In this document: positions 40,037-51,880 of the stretch, piece after piece
Position numbering within the stretch: position 1 is the first letter of the stretch
How the letters are laid out: each line of letters opens with the position of its first letter
Source of the DNA: Spongospora subterranea f. sp. subterranea
Taxonomy: Eukaryota
NCBI GenBank assembly: GCA_049724395.1
Contig: JAUGWO010000012.1
Location: 62,001-126,000, forward strand
DNA length: 64,000 nt
Direction: 5' to 3'
Program-made: the position numbers and the translations under genes
Notes under the pieces: generated by a model
Seen by the model: the letters and a program-made list of their open reading frames with translations, nothing else
Databases searched by the model: none
What the model was told of the DNA's origin: nothing

Positions 40037-41147
40037 ATGATAAATCGCCAACATAGCCAAGTCCGGCCTTTACCGTTGCCGGCAGCCATACTTGGCCCAG
40101 CGACAGGCATTGGGCATGCCAGGTCGGACGCGTTTTATCCGGCTCCGCGGCGTCATGAACCGGCAAACCGGCGGTCGCTGTTGTTCTCAACCAGGGCGGA
40201 GGCGCTTCGCCAGGCCTGGGATAAGTTCCGCTCGTCTCCGGAAGGAGAACGCCACATCTGGGAAAGTGGTGGCCAATCGAAGCGTCGAAGAGCCTGTATC
40301 GACAAAGTGAGGTCTACATTTCCACGCTTGTCAACGGAAGTTTTCGGTTCATATCAACAGGGATTATCAATTCCGTTATCGGACATCGATATCAATTACA
40401 ACGGCAAGATATCCGACGCTCTGTCCATAATTCGGTCCATCGAAGGTTCATATGACATTGTTCCAATTACCACCGCTCGCGTCCCAGTAATCAAATTCAA
40501 GTTCCACGGTTTCGCATTCGACGTGATCTGCTGTCGTGGCGTTGATCACCCGGAGACGATCCATCATCGGGAGGTTTCGGAATGGATTGCTTCGTACCTG
40601 GATCTGTATCCTGGACTTCATGACTCCATTTTGTTTGTCAAATTCTGGGCTCGCCATCATGACGTATTGTCGCCGTCATCTGGCACACTGTCGTCATTAG
40701 CCCTAATGGTTCTCCTAGTTGAGACTTTGGACGTGTCGAAAGGTTTGGGCTCCGACGCTTGTGAGATCATCTGGAGTTTCTTTACTCGTATGTCTCGGAT
40801 TAGCTTCGATTTCCACTTGTTCTATTCTAGACGCTCTCCATTACATTACGAGGTTGTCGGCCGTGACCTTGAGATAATTGAATCGCTTGGAGAAAACGCC
40901 GCCAGAAACTCTTGCCCTGGATTCGGGAAAAGGTTTGATTGGAAATGTTTTGCGTTTTGCTCTTGTTGACGATGGCGTTTCCCCTAGAATGTTTATATTG
41001 GATCCTATTTTAATTGACGTCAATCTTGCCCGGTTTGTAAATGATAAGACGGCGAATAAGGTGAGGAATGCCTTTAAAAGGGCTGCTGAATGTCTAGAAA
41101 CATCCTCTCCAGACGATTGCTGTATTTTTCAAACACTATTGAATTGA
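40037..41147 (+). CDS. non-canonical poly(A)/poly(U) polymerase (Cid1/GLD-2/TRF4-type nucleotidyltransferase)
   Basis: FGSYQQGLSIPLSDIDI, TARVPVIKF, FDV, VKFWAR, GTLSSLAL; intron 40933-40988 joins to MFILDPILIDVNLARFV. Confidence 0.88.
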
Positions 41148-41341
41148 CGGCTCATTGCAAGATCGATGGTTTCGGGACAACAGCGCTTATTTTTTCTCAT
41201 TCTTTCTCGCCTCACTGGAGAAAATATTCGATACTTTCTGACAAACAGCAGACGGTCAATTGAGACGCGTCTCAGTTCTGTAATTTGTTGATCAGTTTAT
41301 AACATGATAAACCTTAAACGTAGTCTGACCCGCCGAGTTCG

Positions 41342-41740
41342 TTAATAACTGAGTAAGCGCTCGTGCAGGCTGTCACGATAAATGCATTGGTAGAGAATCT
41401 TGCTGTGCGTCCAGATGGTGTCGGTCAACAAAAGTAGAACGCCACTGCACAGGAACCCGATACTGGCCCAGAGGCTGCCTTCGTACTTTGGATCTTCGAC
41501 CTGCCATTCCAGAGTTTTCGGGATAATAGTGAGACCGATTCCGGTTGACATTAGGAGGAGAATGGGCAGGAATGATCGCAGCACATTTCCGCTGAATAAA
41601 CGATCCAGTCCAGACATCACGCTCACAGCGGCAATCTTTGAAAGTGAACAATGGTCGGAGGTTCAACGTTTGCGGCGATCGGCCAACCGATATGCACGGA
41701 ACGGCGAAATCACACTGAGGCTGGTCGTCTCATTCAACAT
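41342..41740 (-). CDS. small hypothetical membrane protein
   Basis: Two hydrophobic helices in ORF 41342-41626; probable upstream exon. Confidence 0.35.
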
Positions 41741-42254
41741 GTTTTTCTCTTGACGTGATAAGTGAACTGTCACTATCCTTGAACACATAATACCGCAGCT
41801 GCCATTGGATTCGGCAAAGTTCAAACCTCAACTCTAATTCCGTCGCAACCGCTCACGATCATGCACACCCTGTATGCGGTTTAGCCTCAATCCATGCATA
41901 AAACTAGATCTCCGTTAAGTTGTGTCAGCATGAGCAATTGTGAGCAGCTTTCAAAACTCATTTCCAGTTGGACAAAATTGGCATGATGTACGGTCCACTT
42001 TGATTGGATTTCCACTGAATACGAAAAGATGGTGTTTCTTGGACACGTCCAAAATCGATGCAGATCGGGCAACGTCAGCTTGTTCCCGGTCGATAAACAT
42101 GGAGAATCGTCGATGGTCGGACGGCTCCTGAGGGTTGGACGACGGGTTTCTGATTGACATAATGCTGTTCTGGCGAGATTTGTGTGACCGACACAATGGC
42201 GGGATTAGAAGAGAGTTGACAGTTCATGTTGATGACGGCCAACGATGTCAAGTA

Positions 42255-44414
42255 CACTGGTTACAACATTTAGTGTGGTAGAGCCAATAGTGTGGGTTGG
42301 TAAATAGTGTGGCCCACACTAATTGCGGTGCAGTGTCTCGAAAACAGAGTTTGTAATAATTACTGCGGAGCCCCACCAATCAATGAGTTGACTGGAGACA
42401 TACTGATAAATATCTTCTTTCGCTCCCGAATTCACGTTCTATACACCTGGTCGGTTTTCCAACTACAAACGTTCGAAGATTATGGTGATTCCTTCTGCAT
42501 CCCCGATAATTGAAGCCTTTCGCCGTCATGCGGCGTCTTCTAATCTCACCGTTGCACTTGCTTCTGGAAATACAGACCTTGCACCTATTCCAGAAGAACA
42601 AATCGCCCTACGTCCTGAACCGCCATTGCTTTCCTCATCGAAGACGCGACGCCTACAGCATGTAGCAACGATAGGCCAAAGGCTAATGGTGATGAAATGG
42701 ATGAAAGAAGAAGTTGAGCGATTTGGGGAGGTTCATATTCCCTCAAAAGCAGTTAAAACATTCCCCGAATGTTTCCGCGGTGCAGAGAAAGCCAATCTTC
42801 AGAAAGCCTCACGATGGTTCAAGGAACAGCAGGTTTCAAATGCAGAACAAGTGATTGAACGTAAATCTATATCCTGCAACCAAACTGGCGGCTTCCGGAA
42901 AAGAATAATGACGAAAGCTTTGGCAGGAAGAGGCCCAAAACGAAGCTTGTGGGTGGAATGGTTACATTTACGTCTTCTTGAGGAGTTTCGTCGGTTGTCT
43001 AAAGCGCACGTCAAGTTCAGCCCGAAAGTGTTATTGTCGCTTGCTAAGGATATACTGCAGAATGCTGGTGATGCTGATGAGTTCAGTTCTGCAAGTATTG
43101 AAAACGGGATTTTAATCACAGAGAAACTGACAAGCAGATGGATATTGACTTTTCAGGAGCGGTTTGATATTGTTTTACGACACCAGACTGGAAAATTAGC
43201 CGTCAGTCCTGCGCATCACGAGCATATGGAGAAACTTGTTGCTTTTCACCTTGGTGAAGTTGGACGTCGTTTCCGTTCCGGAGACTTGGATGAAAACCTA
43301 GTCGAGAACGTTGATGAAACGCATTTCGTCATAAATATGGATAACGGTCGGACTCTCGGATTCAAGGGTGATGACGATGTAAAGTACGCTGATGTCTCTT
43401 CCGGTGGTGAAGGTATGACGATGATCGTTCGCGTAACTGGGGGATCAAATGCTGCGATCCAGCCCCCCATGATGATTTTTATGAATAAGTCCCGTTCTTA
43501 TCCCATCCGAGGTGTGCCAGACGATGTTGCTGGCGTCTGTTATCGGACAGGACCAAAAGGATGGAATGTTAGCAAAGTTTTTCCATTATGGTGTAGAGAA
43601 CCTCGAGCGATACGCAAGGACCCACATGGCGGCCAGCGGGAGATCTTCATGGATAATTGCGGGTGCCATAATGTAACTGACGATCTTACGTCTGCACTGA
43701 ACGACCTGAATGCTGTTATTCGGAAACTTCCAGCCAACGCAACACATCTTTGCCAGCCTTGCGATTCGTTCGTACTTTCCAAGATTAAGCAAGAGTGGTC
43801 CAATGCGTGGGAGTCCTACAAAATTGACAGGATCAAACGTCAGTTGTGGGCTGAAGGAAGCGGAGAACTCCAGAATCCTGGTAAAAGATTTTTTCTGAAG
43901 TTGGCCGCAGAATCGGTCCGGAAGGTGAACCACATGCGTGATCGTGAAGGCTTGACATACGCACGCAAGGCCATGATTCGCTGTGGCTTATCATTGAACA
44001 TCAATGGCCTATGGGAAGAATCGCAGTTATTCCCTGTTCTACAGGAAATCATTAAGAAGTATCCAGAACATTACGAGGGTTGTCCCGTTGGACCTCGGCG
44101 ACAGGTTGCGATAACCGAGAACCCTTCTTTCTGAAAAAGCGCCCTTACCTGGTGTGCATATATCAAGCCTTTTTAATGACCACTGATGTTCAATTACCTA
44201 TAAACCAATAAGTTTCTGCGCAGCCAGCTTCACCGTATATCATTCAACCCACACTAATTATGTAATTTTCGTCATTTAGTGTGGCCCACACTAAATCTGC
44301 CACCTATCAATTAGTGTGGGTTGGTAAATAGTGTGGCCCACACTAATTGCAGTGCGGTGTCTCGAAAAAAGAGTTCGTAAATAGTGTGGCCCACACTAAA
44401 TGTTGTAACCAGTG
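42255..44414 (+). mobile_element. intact pogo-type DNA transposon, 2160 bp
   Basis: Perfect 24-bp TIR CACTGGTTACAACATTTAGTGTGG at 42255-42278 and 44391-44414; TA at 42253-42254 and 44415-44416. Confidence 0.96.
42482..44134 (+). CDS. pogo/DDE_1 transposase, 550 aa, uninterrupted (DD36D)
   Basis: NVDET, FMDNCGCH, LPANATHLCQPCD; 36 residues between D2 and D3. Confidence 0.93.
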   Translation: MVIPSASPIIEAFRRHAASSNLTVALASGNTDLAPIPEEQIALRPEPPLLSSSKTRRLQHVATIGQRLMVMKWMKEEVERFGEVHIPSKAVKTFPECFRGAEKANLQKASRWFKEQQVSNAEQVIERKSISCNQTGGFRKRIMTKALAGRGPKRSLWVEWLHLRLLEEFRRLSKAHVKFSPKVLLSLAKDILQNAGDADEFSSASIENGILITEKLTSRWILTFQERFDIVLRHQTGKLAVSPAHHEHMEKLVAFHLGEVGRRFRSGDLDENLVENVDETHFVINMDNGRTLGFKGDDDVKYADVSSGGEGMTMIVRVTGGSNAAIQPPMMIFMNKSRSYPIRGVPDDVAGVCYRTGPKGWNVSKVFPLWCREPRAIRKDPHGGQREIFMDNCGCHNVTDDLTSALNDLNAVIRKLPANATHLCQPCDSFVLSKIKQEWSNAWESYKIDRIKRQLWAEGSGELQNPGKRFFLKLAAESVRKVNHMRDREGLTYARKAMIRCGLSLNINGLWEESQLFPVLQEIIKKYPEHYEGCPVGPRRQVAITENPSF

Positions 44415-45179
44415 TACCGACTTATCCAGCGCCGTTCCTGTTCGACGTATCTGTTGATTGCATCGCTGATTCAGTCGTGTGCGCCGATAATGGTGACCGA
44501 CCCACCTGACCTACAAGGCATATACTTCATCGAGGAGTTGTCCCCTATTGGAATTCAGCCACTACACCCAATACAAGGTCGTCTCACGTTCACAACGCCT
44601 TTTTCGGCGTGCACAGCGCTTTCCCAGATCTCGCCCGCGATCGCCGTTGTCCTGCGAGGGGGGTGCGCCTTGGCTCTGAAAGCCTTCCATGCTCAGATGG
44701 CGGGGGCTATCGCAGTCATTTTGGTCAATTCGGATAATACGAGATTGATCGCCGTTGTTGAAGACGAGACACGAATCAGTCCATATTACCCGAGAATCGT
44801 CATCCCGGTATTCACGATGACCAAACACGATTTCGACGTGATAGCCCCGTTCATGGCGATAACAAATGTATCTGTCAGTATTGCTACACCGAATATATTC
44901 GATGCGCAATCGAAGCAGACGCTGGCGATTTCTGATGGAGCTTCATTAGCCTATGTCAAAGCGAGCGTTTAACTGAATGGAGAACTACAGTACATGAGCT
45001 TGCGGTTTCCGATGGAACTGTATTAAACTATATCATAAATACCTATTCATAGCTAGTATAAATAGGGCCAATTTACTCTTGAGGAGGCTGCTCTATGACT
45101 TGTCCAAAACTAGGGTTTTAAATGGTTGCGGGAGAACGCCCGCTAGGGCGCCAATTCCTGGTTATTTTAACTTTGAATC

Positions 45180-46526
45180 ATGCCAGTAGATGCGGAACGA
45201 GGAAAGCGACCCAACGCTACTAACAGCGAGCGAAACGGGGTACTGCAGGCGTTGTTAAGGCAGTCTAAAGAAAGCACTTTAAAAAGGGGGCAATAAAGGA
45301 AGTTGCTGCGGCTTTTAAACTTTCTACCAAATCGGTGTCCAGCATTTGAAAAAGAATCGCTGACGTCAGTTCTAGAATACAAGGCAGATCGGGTAAAACG
45401 AAAATGCGCAGAGGGGAACTGAAGAGAAAAATCCAACAGGTTCCTTTAAGACAGAGAGGAACTCTAGCAGGGAATTTCAATCGGAACATTGTTTAACCTC
45501 AAATCAGAGGACAATTTGAAGAGAATTTCCAGTACAGTTAAGCCAACGCTTACGGAAGAAAACAAGAAACAGAGGCTTCAATTCGCGCTCTCCTTGCTCT
45601 GTTCAAACTCAAACACGTTCCAAACCATGTACGATTACGTCCATGTTGATGAAAAATGGTTTTACTTGACCAAAACAAAAGCGAACTACTACCTTTTGCC
45701 CGAGGAAGAGATGCCGCATCGAACGGTCAAGAGCAAGCGTTTCATTGCCAAGGTGATGTTCCTTGCTGCGGTTGCAAGGCCGCGCTATGATCCAAACCGA
45801 AAATGTCAATTTGATGGCAAGATTGGGGATGTGGCCGTTTGTCATCAAAGAGCCTGCAAAAAGAGGGTCTCGAAACAGAGCGCGAGGCACAATAGTTATC
45901 AAACCTATTGAGGTCACCAGGGTAGAGTATATTCAAGCGATTACAGAAAAAGTGATCCCGTCTATCAAGGAAAAATGGCCAGTTGGAAGCAAAGACATGC
46001 ATATCAAAATCCAGCAGGATAACGCGCGTCCACACGATAAGGTGGACGATCCGGTCATAATAGAAGCTGGAACATCTTCAGGTTGGAACATTTCATTAAC
46101 ATGCCAGCCACCCAACAGCCCAGATTTCAATGTTCTGGATCTAGGATTTTTCAATTCCATTCAAGCATTACAGCATCAAACAGCCCCAAAAAACATTGAC
46201 GAGCTCATCGAAGCTGTGGAAACTGCTTTTATTGAAACGCCCATCGAAAAACTTGACAATGTTTTTCTTTCTATGCACATGGCAATGGAATCGACCATGA
46301 AAATAGGTGGCTGTAACCGGTATGCGCTTGCTCACATTGGCAAAGACAAATTACGATTAGCTGGTAACCTGCCAATATCGTTGATTTGCGACCAGCAAGC
46401 GATGGAGAATGCTAAACCATTACTGAATGGCTAGGGCTGCAATGACAAAGAAATGGTCCAACTTGCTGATGTTCAAGCTTTGTTTCTCCGATATGGTATC
46501 GGACTATCATTTCTGAACGGAGGGAG
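45180..46526 (+). mobile_element. DD39D (plant-type) mariner, degenerate; left TIR not found
   Basis: VHVDEKWFY, KVMFLAAVARPR, IQQDNARPH-x-QPPNSPDFNVLDLGFF (39 spacing); right end ACGGAGGGAG|TA at 46517-46528; frameshift near 45826. Confidence 0.92.
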
Positions 46527-47284
46527 TAGTTTTTTTTGTAAATTTTAACAGACGCGACGATGAAAGTCTATCCGGCTCAAATTGCGAGATGTAAAAAATC
46601 CCAGTTCATCATCACAATATTATACTGACGAGCGTTCGTACAACTATAATTCGGCTCGGCGAGCTTTCTGAAAAATTTTCATCACATTCCATCCACCGTC
46701 TCGTGTTAAGGAAGCTCATTTGCGTATTGTTGTGTCGTTTCTTGACCAAAAATTTAGCAGTTGCACCTCAGCAAATGAATGACAATAATGATGGCGACGA
46801 ACATCGGTTGATGGTGGTGATGTCATGCGAAAAATGAATCCAGACCAGAGTAAACAGCTAATTCTAATTACAACAGTAAATGGCGTCGCTCATCCACCAG
46901 CAGGTGGAGAAAATTCGAAACAGGGAATGCCAGCTCTAAGCGCCACGTACGACCGGTATATTGCCACGGTGGGTAAACCAGGCCGGTCCCTGAAAATTCG
47001 CACCAGTGATAAACTACCCCAACTAGGCTACTTTGATTTTGCCAGCCTGCGAACCCTGTTGGTGTTGTTCGAGGAACTGGCGTTCCTGACAGCAACCGCA
47101 GTTCGATCACACCGATCATTATCGAATGACGATGAAAATGGAGAACGAGTGAACGACACACCACGAGCCGAAACAAATTCCGTACCTGGCAGTGGCACCC
47201 TTGACTGTCCGTGCGCACAAGGATTTTTCGACCTCAATCCATCAACATACAGAGGGGATACGCCTTCATCACTCGATCATTATA

Positions 47285-50200
47285 ATGGATGATGATGCAG
47301 CTAAGGAACGGAATGTGCTGAAACAGGATCTGAAAGCATGGGAAGGGCAATTCATGGCTGAAGCTGGCCGTCGTCCCAATGCGTCGGATATCAGAAACGA
47401 TCCAATAGGTGAATTCTCGTTTGGTTCGAGAGGCCCAAGCTCTGCGTGATCATCGGGATTTTTCAGCGAAAAAATATCGAGCGTATGAGCTTTTGAAGAG
47501 GGAGCCGCCTGTTTCGCAGCCGAAAGAAACAGTTTCTAGGGAGCGCATTGACCGAATAAAAAAAGGAATGGTCCTTCTGGATAGAACATTACCTCGGCAT
47601 GGAACTCCTCAGATTCCTGACATCGCCTTGAACAGTTCCGAAACCCAGCAAAAGTGCACCTCCTGTTCATTATCCATCATTTTTTGACCCAGGTTGATTT
47701 GTTTCAGGTTATATAAGATCAATTCGCTGACAAAACACATGCGCGTTCCCTCTGATTCGACGCAACAGTTTAGGTTCAATCCCGAGCTAAATGTTCAGAA
47801 GAATCACGTCCGTCAGCGGAACATTTTCACTTTACCACATCGCTAATTAGGGATTAGAGTTTTGTACTGCCTCTGGATCTGTCGAAATCAAAGAAGAAGG
47901 AGTTCGCCGATTTTGATGTCGAATTTGAGAATATCCATGATCAGCATAGTTCAAACATCCACATACCTGAAACGAAGAGTCTAGGGGAAACAGCTGACAA
48001 ACTAATCGCAGCATCCAAAAACAAACAGGTTCCGGTTGCTGCAAAAACGCCCTTAGATGATGTTTCCCCAACTCGCGGACGCAAAATTGATAAACAGCCA
48101 GCCTCGCAAAGGAATCGCGCACCTTCGAAAAAAGTGAGAATCGTTTCAAATTAGTGCTGGGTTACCTAAAACTACTTCAGGTGCGCCTTTCGTTAACGGA
48201 TAACTATGTGAAATATGATTTGAAGCATTCTTGGAAAAGTAAAGGAAATGGAACCAAAAAAAGAAAGAAAGCTGGTGATTGGAAATCTCCAAGGGTTAGT
48301 GCTGTCGTTCATCAGTTGAGCTTTGTTGACCTATATGCAAGGCGTATATGTTTGAGCAAAAGCGCAAAAGAAAAGAAGTTGGTGTGAGTTTATACAGCTC
48401 AATATGACGTTCACCGTCTATTACAGGAATATAATGCGGCCCTGTACACTGAGAATCTTGAAGACAACGTTAGAGACCATGAAATATCCCAAAAATCGTA
48501 CTTCATTGTCACCGTGTTTGCTATTTCACAACTTAAACTCCTCTTTCAGGGATAATCTACGTTCTAATTTTCCAAATGATGTTGACCACGAAAATGATAT
48601 GATGCATCCCGACTTTAAACCCCCCGCATCGGTATATGGTTGTAGGAAAATCGGGTTATTGTTTAATCTTAATTTAGGCAAAGCCCCCTCAAAAACAACC
48701 TTTGATTGACACGAACCAAGGATTTGTCTACGATGGAGAGTTGACCCTCAGTGCAGCCTCACAAGTCTTAAGGGAAAAGTTTGGATTCTCTTCATTTCGG
48801 CAGGGGCAGTTTGAAGCAATTGAGCGCATCTTCAATAAGAAATCAACACTCGTCGGTATGTGATTTCTGTAGAAGACATCTTGGTACCGACGAAACAATA
48901 GTAACCTACTGTTTTGTTGCAGTGCTGCCCACTGGCGCCGGTAAGACGCTGATATATCAGCTCGCTGCATCTATGCTCCCTGGCCTAGTGCTAGTTATCA
49001 CACCATTGCTGTCACTAATGAAAGATCAGTTGCAACGCCTTCCTGGTTTTATTGTTGGTAAATTGGCGCCGCCATTTTTACACGATTTTTGTGTTGATCA
49101 ATTTTTCAGGCGCAATCTGGTCCAGTAATGAAAGCATCGTTGAGGTTGACAATTTGATTAGGCGCCTGCGCCGCAATGAAATCAAAATTCTGTTCATTTC
49201 TCCTGAACGACTCCATACTTCTGGGTTTCAGCGAATTATTAGGTCCATCACGCATTGATTGACTCGAGCGTGTGGGGTTCACACAGTTTCAGGACACTAC
49301 CAGCTCCTGGCGTTTCGTTTGTCTCTGTCGATGAAGCACATTGCGTCAGTGTTTACATGATTATGTTTGTCATGTTATCTCATTTCTGGCTATAGGTATC
49401 GCATTGGTAGGGTCTTACCTCGGTTGTTCTGCTCTGTTAATCTAATTTAGGTCTCATAATTTTCGACCATCATTTCTGCGCATCAATTCTATTCTAACAC
49501 AAAATCTCGGAGAATGCTGCATCCTCGCTCTTACTGCTACTGCAACACAACAAACCGTTGACTCAGTGTAATTCCTTTAAACGCTGGCCAATATTGCCTT
49601 TTCTGAGCCGGTTATATATTTCCGTTTCGCAGATGTTCCTCGTTGTCAATTGATGGTGAAACCGGTGTCATTGCCAACAGATATTAGCCGAAGTAACCTT
49701 TTCCTTAGCGTGTCCAGAGATCATGATCGGTATAATTTAATTGCAACAACTTTTATTCTTGCATGACCGGGTTCGCTGTCAGGTTTGCGGCATTAGTTCT
49801 GCTTTTAGATTCGGAGCGCTTCAAGTCTCTGTCGTCAATAATCATATACGTCCATCAGCAAAGAACTGCAGACGAAGTGCTAACGAGCTCCCAAGATTTA
49901 ACTTTTTCAGTCGCTGATTCTGTACTAGGTAATGTTTCGCCTGAGAAGTCAAGGTCTCGATGCGACAAGCTACCATGCTGGGAAGGACGCCAAGACGCGT
50001 CGCATTGTTCAAGAGCAATTTATGAGTGGAAAGGTTGGGTCTGTCCTTGATTGTCAAATCATTATACTTAATGGCTTTCATAGATTCGTATCATATGCGC
50101 CACCATTGCATTCGGTAAATATCCTTGTTTTCATTGTGTTTGCTAAAAACCAGTTTCAGGGATGGGATTGGACAAGAGCGATGTTAGAGCCGTGATTCAT

Positions 50201-51816
50201 TTTAATACTCCACAGTCGATGGAGAATTATGTGCAAGTAGCACATATATGCACCGTTCCCTGCCCTGTATTAATGCATTTTCAGGAAATCGGTCGTGCTG
50301 GTCGAGATGGTTTGCCAGCACAATGTCACGCATTCTATGATGAAGATGACGCAGATCGTTACCGATCTCTGTCTCACTCCAACGGAATCGATAAGTCTCA
50401 GGTGTCACCAAGTATTGATGCTGTTTTTCCAGTAGATCTTACAGTTGATAAGGTTTTCGAAATGCTGAGCCTAATATTTGCTGAGCCGACCAATGGTCAG
50501 CGTCCCAACATCATTGCATTATCCAAGGACCACCTGATTGAAAGTTTCGACGTGCGAGATGAAGTTATCGAAACTCTTTTAACGTTTTTAGAACTGCGAT
50601 CTAGGTTGTTAATCGATGATTGGCCATCGGAAACCTCCTGCTGATAATTTTGTTTAGGCCTTCTTATATCCGAACATTGGCGAATCTTCACAGAATATGC
50701 AGTTTATCTTTCTGCAAGACAAGCCCCGAAATTCTTGCTGCTGCAAACCACATTCTCGCTTATATCTTGGAATATAGTAAATTTAGCTCTGGTTTTTATC
50801 AGGCAATGAACTTTGTTCACCTTTTCACATACTTTTTTGTAACGGTGTTGGCGTACATAGGTAGATATTACAGCCATTGCGAATTCGATGAATGTGAAAA
50901 TTAGCGAGGTCCAGCATACGCTGTTGACGCTAAAGAGTTTGGGGGAAGCGCAGCTTATCTGGAAGGTACTTTTTATCACAACCTCGAGAGGCAAAAAACT
51001 GAAATTTGATTTGAAGGATCTATCATTCTGTATGGAGACGTTGCATTATCCGGAATCAATATCCGATCTAGCTCGTGAGGTCGTTGATTTTTTCGAGTAA
51101 TTTCACATCACTGTACCATGGCAACAGATTTACTCTCCTCAGGCTGTGCGAATCGAATACCTTACGTAAAATTGATATCATTTCGCAAATTTTGAAATCG
51201 GTCGCCACTGAGAAATGCCTTGAGCAAAATCCAGGTATTTTTCGTTGTGTTTTATTTGAGAGTGTTTTCCTATTTTATATAAGGTGTACAAGCACGCCTT
51301 CAGCACATGATTTCTGTGTATTTCGAGTGCCACAGTGATGATGAACTGCTTTCGGAGGCCGAAAAATCGCTGCCTGAGTATGAAACGCTTGAAATTTTAC
51401 GACGCGATCGTCAGAGACCCGAGCACCTTGTCGGAGACGCAAAGGTCCTCATTCTTCAATGGAAGCACAAACTATCTCGTCCAAGACAGGTACTTTGGTT
51501 TGCGTTTTATAAACACTAGTAATATTTGAAATAGGTTGCGCGAATCCTTCATGGCATGTCGTCGCCTTTATTTGGGTATAAGGAATGGAGCAAATGTTCT
51601 TGCTGGGGCAAATATATCTCATACCCGTTTAACAAAGTTCTTGCTGAAGTAGAATTGATCATGAATCCACCATCTGCAGAACAAAAACAACCTGCTCTTA
51701 AAAAGCCTTCAAGATCGAGCTCATGTTCTGAATCTGATGATGATGGTGTTGAAGGCGATTCAAGTGATTCCTCAGAATCACAGCAAGGTCACAGCAAATT
51801 CAATGTTGATCGATAA
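47285..51816 (+). CDS. RECQL4: RecQ4-type helicase with Sld2-like N-terminus, many exons
   Basis: [90 protein letters not shown]. Confidence 0.93.
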
Positions 51817-51880
51817 CAAGTGCCACATCATTTCAAATATCTATCACAGTACATAATTTATGGTTATATTTATTCTTATG

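Larger units (their letters stand above)
42226..44972 (+). pseudogene. protease-associated (PA) domain protein gene interrupted by the transposon
   Basis: IAVVLRGGCALALKAFHAQMAGAIAVILVNS and IPVFTM PA motifs. ATG 42226 is in frame with ORF 44412-44972 once the element and one TA are removed. Confidence 0.8.

Noticed and set aside
40900..41000. Frameshift in the nucleotidyltransferase between ORFs 40037 and 40878
   Set aside because: A GT-AG intron at 40933-40988 joins the frames (GKR|MFILDP).
46825..47292. 155-aa ORF upstream of RECQL4
   Set aside because: No recognisable motif, and overlapping ORFs on both strands; I cannot support it as a gene.
20201..51816. Functional cluster of DNA metabolism genes (RRM2, BRCA2, RECQL4)
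   Set aside because: The genes are separated by unrelated genes and transposons; nothing distinguishes this from chance in a gene-dense genome.
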